From Eledone cirrhosa (lineage: Eukaryota): a stretch of 64,000 nucleotides of DNA. Positions within the stretch are counted from its first letter, which is position 1, and every line of letters begins with the position of its first letter. This document shows positions 13,054 to 27,800 of the stretch, piece by piece. The notes beneath the pieces were generated by a model that had not been told where the DNA came from, did not search any database, and worked only from the letters and a program-made list of their open reading frames with translations. The position numbers and the translations under genes were made by a program. Location: positions 392,212,001 to 392,276,000 of the forward strand of contig OZ024740.1 of assembly GCA_964016885.1 (NCBI GenBank), read 5' to 3'.

Positions 13054-15324
13054 TTAAAGCTATAAAATACTTCAACCCTGAAGCACTATCATGGTTCACA
13101 GAGTATTATTCACAAATCTGTGATGAAGCAGCTGCTACTCCTAGAAACATTTTAAACCACACCCCCTTAAAGGGCAATATAGCTGATTGGAAAATATTCA
13201 ATTACCAACATGCTACAATCTCCAGCTTAGTAACATCCCGTTACACCCCCCCCCCTCTCACAAACACACACCCACACACACAATCCCTACTCCTCTTAAA
13301 TGTATCATCCATTGCATTTTCCTATCTTCTTTGGGAGACCAAAAATCATCTCTCATCATACCACATAAGCTTATTTTATTTTAAAAATATTATCATGTGC
13401 ATTTTGTCAAAGTTCCTAGTTTTTTTAGACTTATTCTTTGTGATTTAAACTTGGTTTTGTCAACATAAAACTGAAGCTGAATCAGATGCAGCTATTGTCA
13501 AAATCATGATCCCTTAGTAGTCAAACTATTATGTTTTCTCTGGTTATAACATAAGCTACAGTTAATTCATTTATGAATATCCTTATGAATAAATTTGACA
13601 CATTTTCTGTCCTATAACTTAAAACTTTCTTATTGTCTGTTCTGTTCTAGTTTTTGAATGTTTTACATTCTTCAGGACAATGTATGACAAGCCCAGTTCC
13701 ACCTTAATGTTCCTTTTTATTTAGAATGATAAAATCTTGAATATTTGGTTTCTCTTTAGCTTACTTATAAACTTCTAGTTATAAATAGATTATTTAGCAT
13801 TTACATTACTCTATAATTACTATTGTATTTTCACAGTAAACACTTCATCTCACAAATTATCTCACAAAATATCGAATCCACAAGATTTTGATATTATTTA
13901 TTTTGGGAACAACACCTCAACGTAAGTATGAACAGCTGGTTTAAACAGAAAGAGGTGATAGAATTCTGGCTGGTTTAAATGCTAAAGGGTTAACACATAA
14001 TTTGTGTACAAAAATCCATTAAGCTTAGGATTCATTCACTATCAGGTTTCCCTGTTGACATTCCACAACCAATACTTTTTAAAATTTTATTGATTTGATT
14101 GATCTCTTTGTTAATGATGTTGTTTATTCTCTCAAATGATAAAAAATGATTTCCAAATATTGAAACTTTTAGCAATATCTTCTTTTAATCTAATTTTTAA
14201 GATGTCACTGAAGCTGCTCTAAATTATTCTTTAGCAATAACTAAAACAGTATATAAGGCAGATGACAAATTGTGACTTAGTGGAATCTGATGGTGACATT
14301 TGTGGTATTCAATATTATTGAAGGTAATTTTGAATACAACACCCAAGGAATGTCTGCCATTTAAAATATAATGTAAAACAGTTTTTGTTATTTTCCCCTT
14401 TTTTTATTTGAATAAAAAGGGACCAATGATACTAATCTAATTCTCGAATTTGCATTTTTTTTCTTTTTTTTTTTTGCTAATAACCAGACTACATCTTCCA
14501 AATGATTTTTAAACCTTGGGCATTCAAGATAGATTAGTTTCCCTTAACACAACTGGCCTATCTCCTCTGCAACTTAGCATAGCTTATGGCAGTTTCATCA
14601 CATCCCAAAATAATAGCCCACAATAGATTCTCATTAGCATAATGTTTTTTATTCTCACAAACTAGCAAATCTCTTATTTCTTATCCCTTTCAAATACAGT
14701 CATGATATGTAATGAGTCTTTTTTTTTCTCTTACACTCTGGTAATCTATGATGGTACTGATATCATTGACAGTAATAGCTGTAACAACTGTTTTACATTC
14801 ATGTTTTCATGATAGCATGGATGGAATTGTTGCCAGCAGGATATTTTTTCTATTACCAAATAATCAACTGTGTGTACCAGTCTTTAGAATAGGTACATCA
14901 TAATCCTGAATGTTGTAAGAGGTGATGAAAAAAGTTGACATCAGAAAGAGCAAATTGCCATAAAACACAATGGAATAGTAGACAGAAAATGCTGATAGTA
15001 GTGGTGGGGATGATAGTGACGAGGAAGATGTAATAGGGGAGTCTAATTGCCAGTTGCATCATCATATGTATCCTTTCCCTGCTAGGAAGGGTTGGATGGG
15101 TCATCAGCAGACTTTCATAAATATTTTGTGATTGCATTTTCTCTAGATTCGCATGCACTTTGCCTATTGAACAACAATGATTGTATAAATAAATGAAAAC
15201 AAATTGATTTTAGACTAGTTAGCATTAATGTAGGTACAATGAAAAGTAGAGTCTAGGAAATCGCAGGTGTGTTAGAATGTATAATTAAAGTACAAATACA
15301 GTATGTATTAGGAATAAATATGTA

Positions 15325-16566
15325 CGAGGTGGTATCAAAAGGTTTCTGGACTAGTTCTGGTGTGTGCCAACATATGGCAACACATGGTTGTATGCACAGT
15401 GAGATCTAGCAGTGACCTTCATGCACCAGTGTGCCGAGTGACATCGCTGTGTTCACTTTGGAAGCTGTGAAATTTGTTTTTGTGATCACGTGTATGCTGT
15501 AGCCAGTGATTTTGTCATGAACAGGAAGTTGGAACAAAGAGCCAACATGAAATTTTGTGTTCAACTTGGGAAGTCTGCTACAGAGACATTGAGCATGCTT
15601 CAGCAAGCTTATGGCGACAAGGTAATGGGTCTTACACAATGTTTCAAGTGGCACGGGTGCTTCAAAAGCAGAAGAATGTCCCTGGAAGATGATGAGAAAT
15701 CTGGAAAACCTGCCATGAGTGTCACCTCCTGACAATCAACGATATTGCTGATGTTGTTAGTCTGTCGTATGGGTCTGTGCAGGCAATCCTAACATCTGAA
15801 TTGAACATGTGGCATGTCGCTGCCAAATTTGTCCCCCATCTGCTGACTCCTGAGCAGAAAGAACATCACGTCGAAATTTGTCAAGATCTACATCAGTATA
15901 CCACTGATGACGCATCCTTCATGTCGAGGATCATCTCCAGTAATGAGATTGGGTCTACAGATAGGACCCTGAGACGAAGCAGCACTCAACACAGAGGAAA
16001 AGCCCTTCCTCTCCATGGCTGAAGAAAGCACGACAAAGTGCAGCTCAATCAAAAGCATGTTCATCATTTTTTTCAACATCCATGGTATTATGCATCAAGG
16101 ATTCGTCCCACAGGATCAGGCCGTCAATTGAGAGTTCTACTGCAATGTTTTGAGGCATTTGGGGGAGGATGTTCAGTGAAAGCAACTGGATCTGTGGAGC
16201 GCGAAAAATTGGATTTTTCACAACAATGCACCCTGTCACCGAGCTCTCCTCACTCACGAGTTTCTTACCAAAAACAACATTATATCGCTTTCACACTCGC
16301 CCTATTCACCAGATTTAACATTTGTGGACTTCCATCTCTTCTCCAAGTTGAAAATGCAGCTCAAAGGTTACTGTTTTAACACCGTTGCCAAAATCCAGAG
16401 CGAATCACAGAAAACGATTTCTAGGCTGGATTCCAAAAGTGGCAGCAATGCTGGGACCGGTGTATTGCTGCACAAGGTGACTATTTCAAAGGAGATGATG
16501 TTAACACTTAGGTAAATATATTATCTTTTTTTAACGTAACTAGTCCGGAAACTTTTTGATACCACG
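15325..16566 (+). mobile_element. Full-length decayed mariner transposon (~1.24 kb) with transposase pseudogene
   Basis: TA-flanked TIRs CGAGGTGGTATCAAAAGGTTTCTGGACTAGTT / AACTAGTCCGGAAACTTTTTGATACCACG; ORF pieces EQRANMKFCVQLGKSATET..AYGD, KFVPHLLTPEQK, YSPDL..DFHLFSKLK; frameshifted. Confidence 0.92.
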
Positions 16567-17152
16567 TATATATGGATACATATTCACATATTTAGTTTAG
16601 CTTAAAATTAGGCCTCATAGTTAGACCACAATTGTATATTTTTGTTTTTTTGGAAAAAATCTTTGAGCTTATTATTACAAAAGGAGGAGGAGGGGCCATG
16701 TTCCGCATATTTAACTGAAAGAAATTTTCTTTTTAAATTCATTTTCTTCATTATTATAATTATGTTTCAGTCATTCAAGTAGTTTCTACCTTGGTGAATC
16801 TCTAACCTTGTTACGTTATAACACTTTTTTCCATCATTTCTTATCTAGCTTTTCCTTAGGATTCTTCACCTGTTATTTCTTACATTTCTTAACTTAATGT
16901 TATCTCAACATAATAATATAAGGTATCCAGCATCCAACAAAATTATTTTAAAAAATAGGTGTATTCTGTATTTGCATCCACAAACACATAGAGCCCTGGT
17001 TTTAATTTTAAACGCATGCATGCACACGCCTACACACACACACACACACATATATGAATAGAAAAGGAATGTGCATAAATATAATTACAAATAAAATATT
17101 TATAGTTTTTACACATTCCTTTCAATATCTTGTTAAGCAACTATAATTATAT

Positions 17153-17671
17153 ATCATCATCATCATCATCATCATCATTTTACGTCCGCTTTTCCCTGCT
17201 TGCAAGGGTGGGACGGGTCTTATTCAGCACAGCATCTCTCCACTCGTCACGGTCCCTCGTCATCTCCACCGTGAGCTTCAATGATCTGAGGTCTGTTCTC
17301 ACCACCTCCGCCCATGTTTTTCGTGGTCTACCTCTACCACGTCTTCCTTCAACTGGCATTTCCTGGCACTTCTTCACCCATCGGTCATCCTCCATGCGCA
17401 TCACATGTCCATACCACCTCAGTCTCCTCTCCCGTACACTACATTCTATCCCTCTCAGACACATTTTCTCTCTCAACACATTTATGCTGGGTCGTTCACG
17501 CACATTTACACTGCACATCCAACGGAGCATGCTTGCCTCATTTCTCTCCAGCCGTCGCATATCTTCTGCGGTAGCTGCCCATGTCTCACTACCATGCAGC
17601 ATCGCGCTCCTCACACAGGCATCATACAACCGGCCTTTCGTACGCAGGGAGAAAGGCCGGTTGTATGATGC

Positions 17672-17672
<1 letters not shown>
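17153..17672 (-). mobile_element. 5'-truncated RTE-clade LINE, family A (3' end of ORF plus (ATG)n tail)
   Basis: LYDACVRSAMLHGSETW...RRLRWYGHVMRM...GRGRPRKTW; tail AAGCGGACGTAAAA(TGA)n; near-identical to 38298-39306. Confidence 0.9.
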
Positions 17673-17707
<35 letters not shown>

Positions 17708-20128
17708 GCAGTATCATGGCACAGCAGTATCATTGTAAATTGCTACAAAGGCAAAGAAGATGCACTAGAGATAAGTAACTACAGAGCTATAAAGTTGATT
17801 GACCAGGTCATGAAAGTTACTGAAAAGGCACAAATAATTAGGGACAGAATCAAGTTAGATGAGATGCAGTTTGGATATATGCCAGACAGAAGTACTACTG
17901 ATCCCCCCTTGATAGTAAGAAATGGCCTTGTTTGATATGTAGTGAGATTGCAGGCAGATTAAACAAAAAGATAGGCTTTTTAATGTGGCAGATGCACAGG
18001 AGAATTAAGCACTAAGAACACATGTAAAGTGGTTGGGGGGACCCTTCAGTTCATGTAAAAAAACACAACTTCTCTGCACTCAATAGGACATTGAACAGTA
18101 GCCCAACTTCAGTACTGACTTGGTCTAGGTAGACTTGTCCAACCCTTGTTAGCAGGGAAAATGGACATACATGCATGCATGCATGTATGTATGTATGTAT
18201 GTAATGTTTGTGTGTATGTATGTACAGAACTGCCTACAGGAATCAAACCACATATCTGTTATATACTGAAACACTAGATTAACCCGACAACTTATCACCA
18301 TCAAATTTAGTAGATCTAAATGTCTAACTGGGCAAACTACAACTGTTTACCTCCACTTGTATCTCACTGGTATGGTAGTGGTTACTGAAGCAGATGTATG
18401 TCTATGTGTATTTATATATATAGTATATGTGTATATATTTTTGCTGTAATGTTTAATGACATGAAACTACAGCAAGTTCAATTTGTGACTGCTGTATGTG
18501 TTTCTGTTACATCTCTTGGCATACATGTATTTCTGGTTTAGCATCAGCTGTTTGAGAATCAGTACTTCTGCAGGTTGTTGTTCTAACTAAATGACTGTAA
18601 AATATTCTTGCTGACATATGTTCAAGAACTTTTTTCTGTCTGCAGACAGTGATATTGTTTGGTTTTGTGATATTGTTTGGTTTTCAGCTAAATATTCCTC
18701 ATCAAAATTAGTTGCGTTTTTGTTTTTTCAGTGAGTAGCCTTCCGTTTGTTTATTGCCTAACACAATTTCACAGTATAAATACAGTGGGGCAATAGAATT
18801 GTGTCAGTGGTCAGGTACTATTAAGAAATGAAATAAAATAAAAGTGAATGTAATGTTACATGTGTGTTTCACCCTTTAGCATTTATATTACTCTATATAT
18901 ACTATTGTATTTTCATGGTAAAGGCTTTACCTCACATAATTATCTCACATAATATTGAATCTACGAGATTTTGATATTATTTATTTTGAGAACAATACCT
19001 TAACATCAGTATGAGTGGCCAATTACAACCGGTTTGAACAGAAAGTGGTGAGAAAATCCTGGCTGGATATGGTCGGTTTAAATGTTAAAGGGTTAAATAC
19101 CTAATATGACTCTTCCATGTTGAATTGTTTCAGTTTCAACATCCAATCTCTTACTCAACAAGAAGTTTTACTTTTGCTGGCATGTCTGACTGTAAAGTTG
19201 AAATCAAAGTCTGGTTATTTTCTTGTCTTTAAAAGAGACAAAATTCATTGTCTGGCTGCTGAAAAATAATAGGAAGACTACAGCCAGTAAAAGTGAAAAT
19301 TATAAGTAAAAAACTCTAATCCTTTATCATATAAAATATATTTAACTCTCCATTTTGTATTGAGTTTTATATTGACTAATGTTTCATTACTGTTTAATAT
19401 GTATATCAATATCTGATACATACCTTTAACATTATGATGTGTGTAAATGTGTGTGTACGTGTATGTATATGTGTACATGTGTGTGGGCATAAATGATGCT
19501 TTATCACTGTAAATGAATAACAACAAATATTTATTGATGAAAAAGCTTGTTCAAACAGTAAGCTATAATACATAATTTGTGGGTGTTTATATGTGAAAAC
19601 TTCTATAAAAGATGTGTATACAGAGGAGAAAACTTGCTTTAATAAGATGAGCTGATAAAAGAAATTTTAGGCTGCTTTCATATAGCAGTAGTAATGGTTG
19701 GGATGTAAATTTTGAAATTGAAGGGATTGTAATTGTATGTTTATTGGGAATTCTATAAATAGTTTTTAAAAGATTCTATAAACAGTATGCAATCAACTTG
19801 GCTGAAATTGTTTTGGGTTTTAGGATATGAGGAACAGATAAAGTAAAGCACCAGTAATGCACTGGGTAATTGCTGGCCTTGTGCCAAAGGTAGAAATAAT
19901 TATTAATTGAGAACTGGTGATCAAGTAATAGTGGGATGGAGATTTAACTGTGGTCAAGGGAGGTGGGTGTAAATGCATGTTTGTGTGTGTATGTGCTTGT
20001 GTGCTCTCATGCCTAACTATGTGTGTATATAAAGGTAGAAATGGTTCTATAAAAGGAATAGTCTAGCTTTAAAAGAAACTGTATGAATGGGAAGGTAATA
20101 TACTTTGCTACATATAACTTAATACATA

Positions 20129-21122
20129 GAATAAAATGGGTAGGTAATATACTTAATAGAGGGAATAAAATGGATAGGTAATATACTTAATAGAGGAAAT
20201 AAAATGGGTAGGTAATATACTTAATAAATGGAATAAAATGGGTAGGTAATATACTTAATAAATGGAATAAAATGGGTAGGTAATATACTTAATAGATGGA
20301 ATAAAATGGGTAGGTAATATACTTAATAAATGGAATAAAATTGGTAGGTAATATACTTAATAGATGGAATAAAATGGGTAGGTAATATACTTAATAAATG
20401 GAATAAAATGGGTAGGTAATATACTTAATAGATGGAATAAAATGGGTAGGTAATATACTTAATAAATGGAATAAAATGGGTAGGTAATATACTTAATAGA
20501 TGGAATAAAATGGGTAGGTAATATACTTAATAAATGGAATAAAATTGGTAGGTAATTTACTTAATAGATGGAATAAAATGGGTAGGTAATATACTTAATA
20601 AATGGAATAAAATTGGTAGGTAATATACTTAATAGATGGAATAAAATGGGTAGGTAATATACTTAATAAATGGAATAAAATGGGTAGGTAATATACTTAA
20701 TAGATGGAATAAAATGGGTAGGTAATATACTTAATAAATGGAATAAAATGGGTAGGTAATATACTTAATAGATGGAATAAAATGGGTAGGTAATATACTT
20801 AATAAATGGAATAAAATTGGTAGGTAATTTACTTAATAGATGGAATAAAATGGGTAGGTAATATACTTAATAAATGGAATAAAATGGGTAGGTAATATAC
20901 TTAATAGAGGGAATAAAATGGGTAGGTAATATACTTAATAGATGGAATAAAATGGGTAGGTAATATACTTAATAGATGGAATAAAATGGGTAGGTAATAT
21001 ACTTAATAGATGGAATAAAATGGGTAGGTAATATATTTAATAGATGGAATAAAATGGGTAGGTAATATACTTAATAGATGGAATAAAATGGGTAGGTAAT
21101 ATACTTAATAGATGGAATAAAA
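20129..21122. repeat. 34-bp minisatellite, ~29 copies (GAATAAAATGGGTAGGTAATATACTTAATAGATG)
   Basis: Period 34 read directly; alternating AGA/AAA variants over much of the array. Confidence 0.95.
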
Positions 21123-21548
21123 TTAAGTATATTAATACTTAATACATGGAGTAAAATATATACAAATAAAACAATAAAGGCCAAGAAAGCAAAACCAACA
21201 AGTAAGGTGTCTTAATAGCAAAGCAATTAAAAATTACGATAAAAATAGAAACCCTTATACATGATTACATATATGTTCATATATATACTCCCATATGTGC
21301 GTATGTGATACACATATATGTAGTCCTAAAAGTTATCTCATTTTTTTTATAAAATAAAAATGATCTAACTGGATTTTTATTATGTATTTACTTGTATTTT
21401 CTTCTGGGTTCACTTTCTATTGCAATTAAATCTTCATTTGTTAGTGTGTGTGTTTTTTATTGAGTGAAAAATTGCTAAAATATTCTAAATTTTTTGCATT
21501 TCTACGATTTCATGCATGTAATTTTTTCTGTTGCTTTACCTTCTGCAG

Positions 21549-21626
21549 CTAAAAGCCAGGAAATCTCGAAAGCGAATTGTTATGGCTTCTCTATATCTTG
21601 GAACTGGCACTCTGGAGCAAGAGCTG
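21549..21626 (+). CDS. PGS1: PGS1 internal coding exon (LKARKSRKRIVMASLYLGTGTLEQEL)
   Basis: Pyrimidine tract + CTGCAG acceptor, GTATGT donor, 78 nt, phase 0/0; MASLYLGTG.LEQEL is characteristic of eukaryotic CDP-DAG:glycerol-3-phosphate phosphatidyltransferase. Confidence 0.92.
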
Positions 21627-22539
21627 GTATGTGTATTTCTTGATTCTTTAACCAAAATTTACTTTTTAATGATCACCGAAGCAAGACTTGAAGATTTGAT
21701 TCCAATTTCTAACTTGTAATTATCAAGAAAAAAAAAAAATCTTCAAGAAAACAAGGAATTTTTGGAATGGATTTATTTGGTAAGGCTATAAAGATTTTTA
21801 GAGGTAGCTTCGTAATTCTTAGAATTGTTGCAACAACAATCTTCAACCTGGTTATTTGGCATTTAAGATGATTGGTTGAAAATTTATCTATTCTTGTAAT
21901 CTGCTAATTTGTGGGGCACAATATGTAGAAACTTATGGTATTGTACTACTGATGAATTAATCAAAAGTTTAAGCTTTACTGCTAGAGCTATTGCGCTGGG
22001 CTTCTGAATTTAGTCTCCTTTAATGATAGATTCCACTAGTTCTTTGTATTTGAGTAAGGTAGTACAAGATATAAGTTGAAGTTAATATTCTAGCTTTACC
22101 TAATTAGTTTAGTACATGAAAACATATGTTTAAAGCATATAGTTTCACAATCATGTGGTTTCAGGTTCAATCCCTTTGCATGGGAACTTGGGTTAACCAA
22201 TGCCTTGTGAGTGAAATTTTGTAGATGGAAACTTTGTCCATTATATGTGTATGTCTATGAGTTGGTTTATTATCCATAACATCAAAATAAGTACCAGGCT
22301 TGGACAAAGTTTTTTTTTGTTTTTGCCCCAGAACAGCTGAAATATGTAATGAATTCTCTCTTTATTGTTTTCCTACACAATATAACCATAAATTCAGGGT
22401 CAACAAATTCCTTGCCCTATGTTGGCAGTTTCCTTCATTTTATTGTTCTTCTTTTATTACCATCTTATTTAATTTTATTTGCTCCTATATTGTCTTTATT
22501 TTTGTAGAAGAGAAGTAGGTAGAAACTCTATATGATGTA

Positions 22540-23283
22540 TACAATGTAACTCTTGGGTACACAAGAGGTTTAGTGGGATAGCAGACAGACTAACAAAAAA
22601 AAGATAGACATTGTATGTATCAGATGCACAGAGATGGTTGGTAGAAAGAGCATCGGTGAAATAAAAAATGTTCAATCCCAGGAAGGACTCATGGAAGTGG
22701 TTGATAACTTTTGCTACCTAGGCGATCAAATTAGCAGTGTAGGAGGTTGCTCTGAGAGCATTGTAGCTAGAATAAAAACAAAGTAGAAAAATAAATGTCC
22801 AGGTGCCTACTACTTCTGTTGACAACAAAAGGTTTCTCTGTACAAAAGAAACACCAGCTATATGATGCCTGTGTGCAATATTCAATGTTGCATGTAAGTG
22901 AAACATGGGCAGTGAATGTGAAGGATATGCAAAGGTTTGAGAAATGAAGCAAGCATGTTCTGATGGGTGAGATAAAAGAAAAGCTAGGTATAAAAGGAAT
23001 CTAATGTAGTGTACAGGAAAGAAGACTACTCTGGTATGGGCACTTGATGATAATCAAAGGGAAGAAGTGCTAAGAAATCCCAGTGTAAGAAAACTGCATT
23101 TAGAGGGAATTCAAAAAAGACCTGGGCTGAGGTTGTGAGAGCTGATCTCAAATCATTGACGCTCACAGAAGAGATGATTAAGGACCGCAATTAGTGGAGA
23201 GATGCTGTGCTGGAACAGACCTGTCCAACCCATGCAAGCATAGAACAGCAGATGTAAAATGAAGGTGATGATGATGATGATGA
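22540..23283 (+). mobile_element. Old, heavily mutated RTE LINE 3' fragment
   Basis: Remnants of EVVDNFCYLGDQIS, YDACV, ETWAV, WYGHL and a (TGA)n tail; boundaries approximate. Confidence 0.75.
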
Positions 23284-24601
23284 TATTATCATGCTGTCGT
23301 ATTTCACTAAAATATTTTTATCAATCAATTTTGTGATGTCTTAATTGTGTATATATAATAGAGTTTGTTGTGACATTAATGTTACCCCTCACTTTTCCTC
23401 TTACCTTTTGCTTAGAGGTGACCTATAGGTCTTGTTTGGAGTAATTTTGTGCAAATAACAAAAAACATAGTTCTTTTTTTTAATGGAGAAAGTGGCTTCA
23501 AGTTGGTGAAAGTGGTTCATTTGATGTTCATCTTAAGAAACCATGAGCCAATGACTGCAAGAAAAATATGTTGAAAAGGGAATTCCAGAGGATTGACTCT
23601 CTAGGGAGAAAGGATAGTGTAAAATAATTAATGTAGGGGTTGTATGGAAGAAACACAATATGTCCTTTATGTTGGATGAGAGATTGTTGAACAGTTGTTG
23701 GTGGATGGAGGAAAAATACAGTTGAGGCAACAGGTGAATTTAGAGGAGTAAGAGTGAATTGAGCCAGAGTATCTGGAAGTCCTTGTTGCTAATATCCAGG
23801 TGAAGAAGGTAAATAATAGGAAGGGGGGCTTCTACATTTGCATAGACAACACTTTTAAAAGTAAAGTTTGAGTATAGCATGTGGCCTGAACAGCAGAGAT
23901 GAACTATAAATAAAGAGAAGAGAAATACACATGACTTATGTGCTAGTAGGAGGTATTGTGAGGGATCCAGATTAAACCAGAGTCCATGCATGAGAAAAGA
24001 AGGGAAAACTGTTGAGGGGATTGAGGTGTATTTTGATTTGTTGACAATTCATGGGTTTTGTTAGGGTTTGATTTGGCTGGAGAAGAGGAAAAGATCATGA
24101 TTCCTGAATTGTTACTAACCACTACTTTGATCCTTGTTAATAGTCTAGCATGATGTCAGTGGCTTTATATAAGATTCCCAAAAGTTTTGTGTATTCTGGG
24201 TATCAGTCACAAAATAAGAAGAGGTTATGAGATTGCCCCAGCCAGTAGAGTGGGACCAAGTGCTTGTATTATCTAGTGATAAATGTCTGACTAAAAATAG
24301 CACCTTGCATAAGAAAATCTAGCAGGGATTAGTGCATCAAGGGATTATGGTATCCCCTGCCAGAAGCCTGGTCTAAATGCTTGCAAGAGAGTGATCTTAT
24401 GACTCTTAGGGTGAACTAAAGACACTCAAAAACCAAGAAGTGGATGTTTGGTCTATGGCCAAGTGTTCAGTATATAAAAATATATTTTATGTTTCAAGCA
24501 TATCTTTTGATGATATATAAATATATAAATATGTCTTCTTTTTTTTATTAATAATAATTTCCTCGTGTTTACCTTAAGTTGATTTCAATTCTCCATTTTA
24601 G

Positions 24602-24888
24602 GTAGATGCTCTAAATGAGGCTTGTCACAAATCACTTGCTGAAGGAAATAAGGATTTTGATGTTCACATTTTGCTTGATTACACGCGTGGTCAAAGGGGC
24701 TCAGAGAACTCCTGCACTATTCTCCAACCTGTTTTAAGTGCCTATCCCCAAAATGCAAAACTTTCATTATTCCATACTCCTGATCTTCGGGGCATTTTGA
24801 AGAAGATTATGCCCAGCCGTTATAATGAAACTATTGGATTACATCATATGAAAGTTTACTTATTTGATGACAGTTTAATTATCAGTGG
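24602..24888 (+). CDS. PGS1: PGS1 internal coding exon (VDALNEACHK...LLDYTRGQRG...SLFHTPDLRG...NETIGLHHMKVYLFDDSLIISG), first PLD-like motif
   Basis: TTTTAG acceptor, GTAAGT donor, in frame with the preceding exon (…EQEL|VD…); matches the PGS1 segment LLDxTRG..SLFHTP.LRG..NETIG..H.K.Y.FD....SG. Confidence 0.95.
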
Positions 24889-27800
24889 GTAAGTCTTTGT
24901 TTTGTATGTTTTTCTTATTTCCATTTTTTTTTTTTAATGTTTAAATTAGTTTCATCATAAGGTTGTGTAATTCGAGGGAGCAAAACCTACTGAGTGATCA
25001 GCACAATGTGACTAACAATGGAAGATACTTATAACAAGGAAGATTTGGTCAGATGTAATGAATTTTGCCTTTAGGATGTTGAGTCCATCAGATAATGAAG
25101 AATGGCAGAAAATTATATTAAAGACACATACAATCCATAATGAGTTGGGTGGGGGTTCGATATAATCACTAGATCTGTTAGAAATAGCAGCTAAATTTTT
25201 TCCAATTAAACACTATTTTTAAATAAAAAAGGTTGCAGGCAGTTTAGTTCCTGATATACATAGACATGGTAATTACAGCGGGAATGTCTTTGATCATGGT
25301 ACTAATTCTGTTTATTCCAATAACTAAAATAACAAGAAGGCAATAGAAATGAGTGATTCCCTCACCTGTGATGGAGGTGAGTTAACTACTCATGGACTGG
25401 GAATTCAAATCTGATTCAGTTTTTTTTTCTCTCTCATGTTTCTGGAAGGGAACTCATTATTTTGCATTGCTGCAGTCCAGCTACCTGTTAGGCGAGAAAC
25501 AAAATCATCTGGAAATATAATGCACTGGTGTCCTATCCATTATAAGGTTGTTGTTCTTGTTGTTTAGCCTAAGGTTGGATCTAACTAAGCAACAAACCTA
25601 TGATTATACATTCAACTTCATTTTATTCAAATTACATTATCTAATGTGTCTTTCCTTTTTAAAATAGTAGGGTGAGATTTGAAAGAGATTTGGCTGCTAT
25701 TTCTAGCAGTTCGACCGGTTATATAAAGGTTTCTCTTACTGGCTTGTTCATTGAAAGGCTTTTGACTCATGAAATACATGTCATGAAACTAAAGCTGGGT
25801 GCTAATTCTGAAAAGCTCCTAATTAATTCAGAGACAGTTTTATTAACATAATTATATTAGGTGCCACTTTATGATTATCTAAAAACCCCAATACTTTTTC
25901 TTATTATTTTACTGGTTTTGAAACTATTTGTGCTAGTAATATCATTTTGTTAAGCCTCTGCTTTTCTGTATAATTCTGTGAGTAAAGTAACTCAAGTCTA
26001 GTTTCTTAAATATCAATTCTCTCAAAGTAGAATATTGAAGCTAACATATTTTTAGTAGTTCTCATCTACAAAAAAAAAACTTTTCATAGTTTTCAATGTT
26101 TTGATAAGACTTCAGTGTTCTTATACTTTTCTTCTGTATTAATATTGTTATATTCATTCTTGGACACATTTGCTTTGAAAGAATCAATATATGGAATAGA
26201 GACAGGAGACAAGATAGTCTTATTAATGCTGGTACCAGGATAAATGCACTCTGAACACCTTATAAAGTGATTTGCAGTCAAATTATAGTGATGTAAGTTA
26301 GAGAAGACCCTTTAGTCTTGTCATGGACATAGCAAATTCTCTAGCTCTAGTGTCATGATAAAACACAACTGGTAGATTCTGTAAAGTGGTTGGTGTTAAG
26401 AAAGGCATCCAGCTGTAGAAACCATGCCTAAAATGGAATGTCTAAGATGGCCTTCACTCCAAATTAGAACTGACTGACTGAAATGACCTATCCCATCCAT
26501 ACTAACCTGGAAAACAGGCATAAAATGATGATGAAGACAATGATATCAGCTTGATTAGTTTATGTTCATTGCTCAATTTAATGAAGCTTTTAATTATTTG
26601 GTATTTTGTTAGTCTACTGATTCAGTTTTATCTATATTTCCATACAATTATAGTCTCTATGCCAAATTTAAAAAATAAAATCTGAGATTGTATAGTCTGT
26701 TTGGCTATATCCTAAAAATGTAAATTAGATTTAAGCTTCAGCTTTTTCTACATCACTAATGATTTTGAGAAAGACATGAACATCCCAGCTTCCTATTTCT
26801 TCTCTCTTAAAATAAGAATGAAACACTGTGTTGTTTTGTAAGAAGTCTGTACTTTAAAAAAGTCTACCCAATATCCATCCTTGAATTACTTCTATTGTCT
26901 TCATGTGAACTTGTGATCTCATGTATATACATTCCTATCCAAGCTATTTTATTCTTTTGTGGATGTAATTACACTATCCCTTCCTTAGGACATAAATGCT
27001 TTTCATATTTTCTCAACCAAAAGAGAAATGTTGACTTTTAGATTAACTGTTAGTATTTACTTGCCTTGTGGCAAGTTATATAATTTTTACAGGTTTTCTT
27101 TTGACAATACACAATTTCTTGCTGGTTTTATGCTGTGAAACTGAAAATCAATTTGATCAATATTTATGTTTGAGTTATGCATGCAGTTTGGAAAATTGCT
27201 TGTGCACAAAAAATATAATTACTGAACCCCATCCCCCCATCCCAAATCATCAAAAGTTACTCTATTTCCATATAACATTCTGCAGAAATGCTTAATACAG
27301 AAGCAGAAGCTTACAAACTAACAGAATGATGGAATTGCTTCCTTTTAACTTTTATATAATTTTTCTTTGGTATGTAGTGATCTGGAAATATAGAAAGCTA
27401 TGCATGTCAGTTCTCATATTAAATCGGCTTTTTTTAGTATTTCTTCTTGGTTCTTACTAATAACAATTCCTCAACTGTAATATATTGTGTCTTTTCTCTT
27501 TAAAGATGGTATGATGTGATATGAGGGTGAGTTAGCTTCAATTGACAATATAGAAGCTCTTATTGACTCATAATCTTTCAAGTAAAATGCAATCAGAACT
27601 ATCTCCAAGGCTTTAAAGGACTCATACTTGCTCTGGTTTCTTGGTAGTAAGTAATGTAGTTAAACTACCTCCTTAATAGGACATGCTTTCAATCACATGT
27701 TATATGTATTTACAGTAACAAGCTTTTACTACCTATAGTATACATTTACAGTTCAGTGAACTGCACCATTAGAGTGTTTAATATCTTGATTCAAGGAACA

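Noticed and set aside
13640-13680. Minus-strand CTGAAGA followed by a small hairpin
   Set aside because: No GAAA/UH elements.
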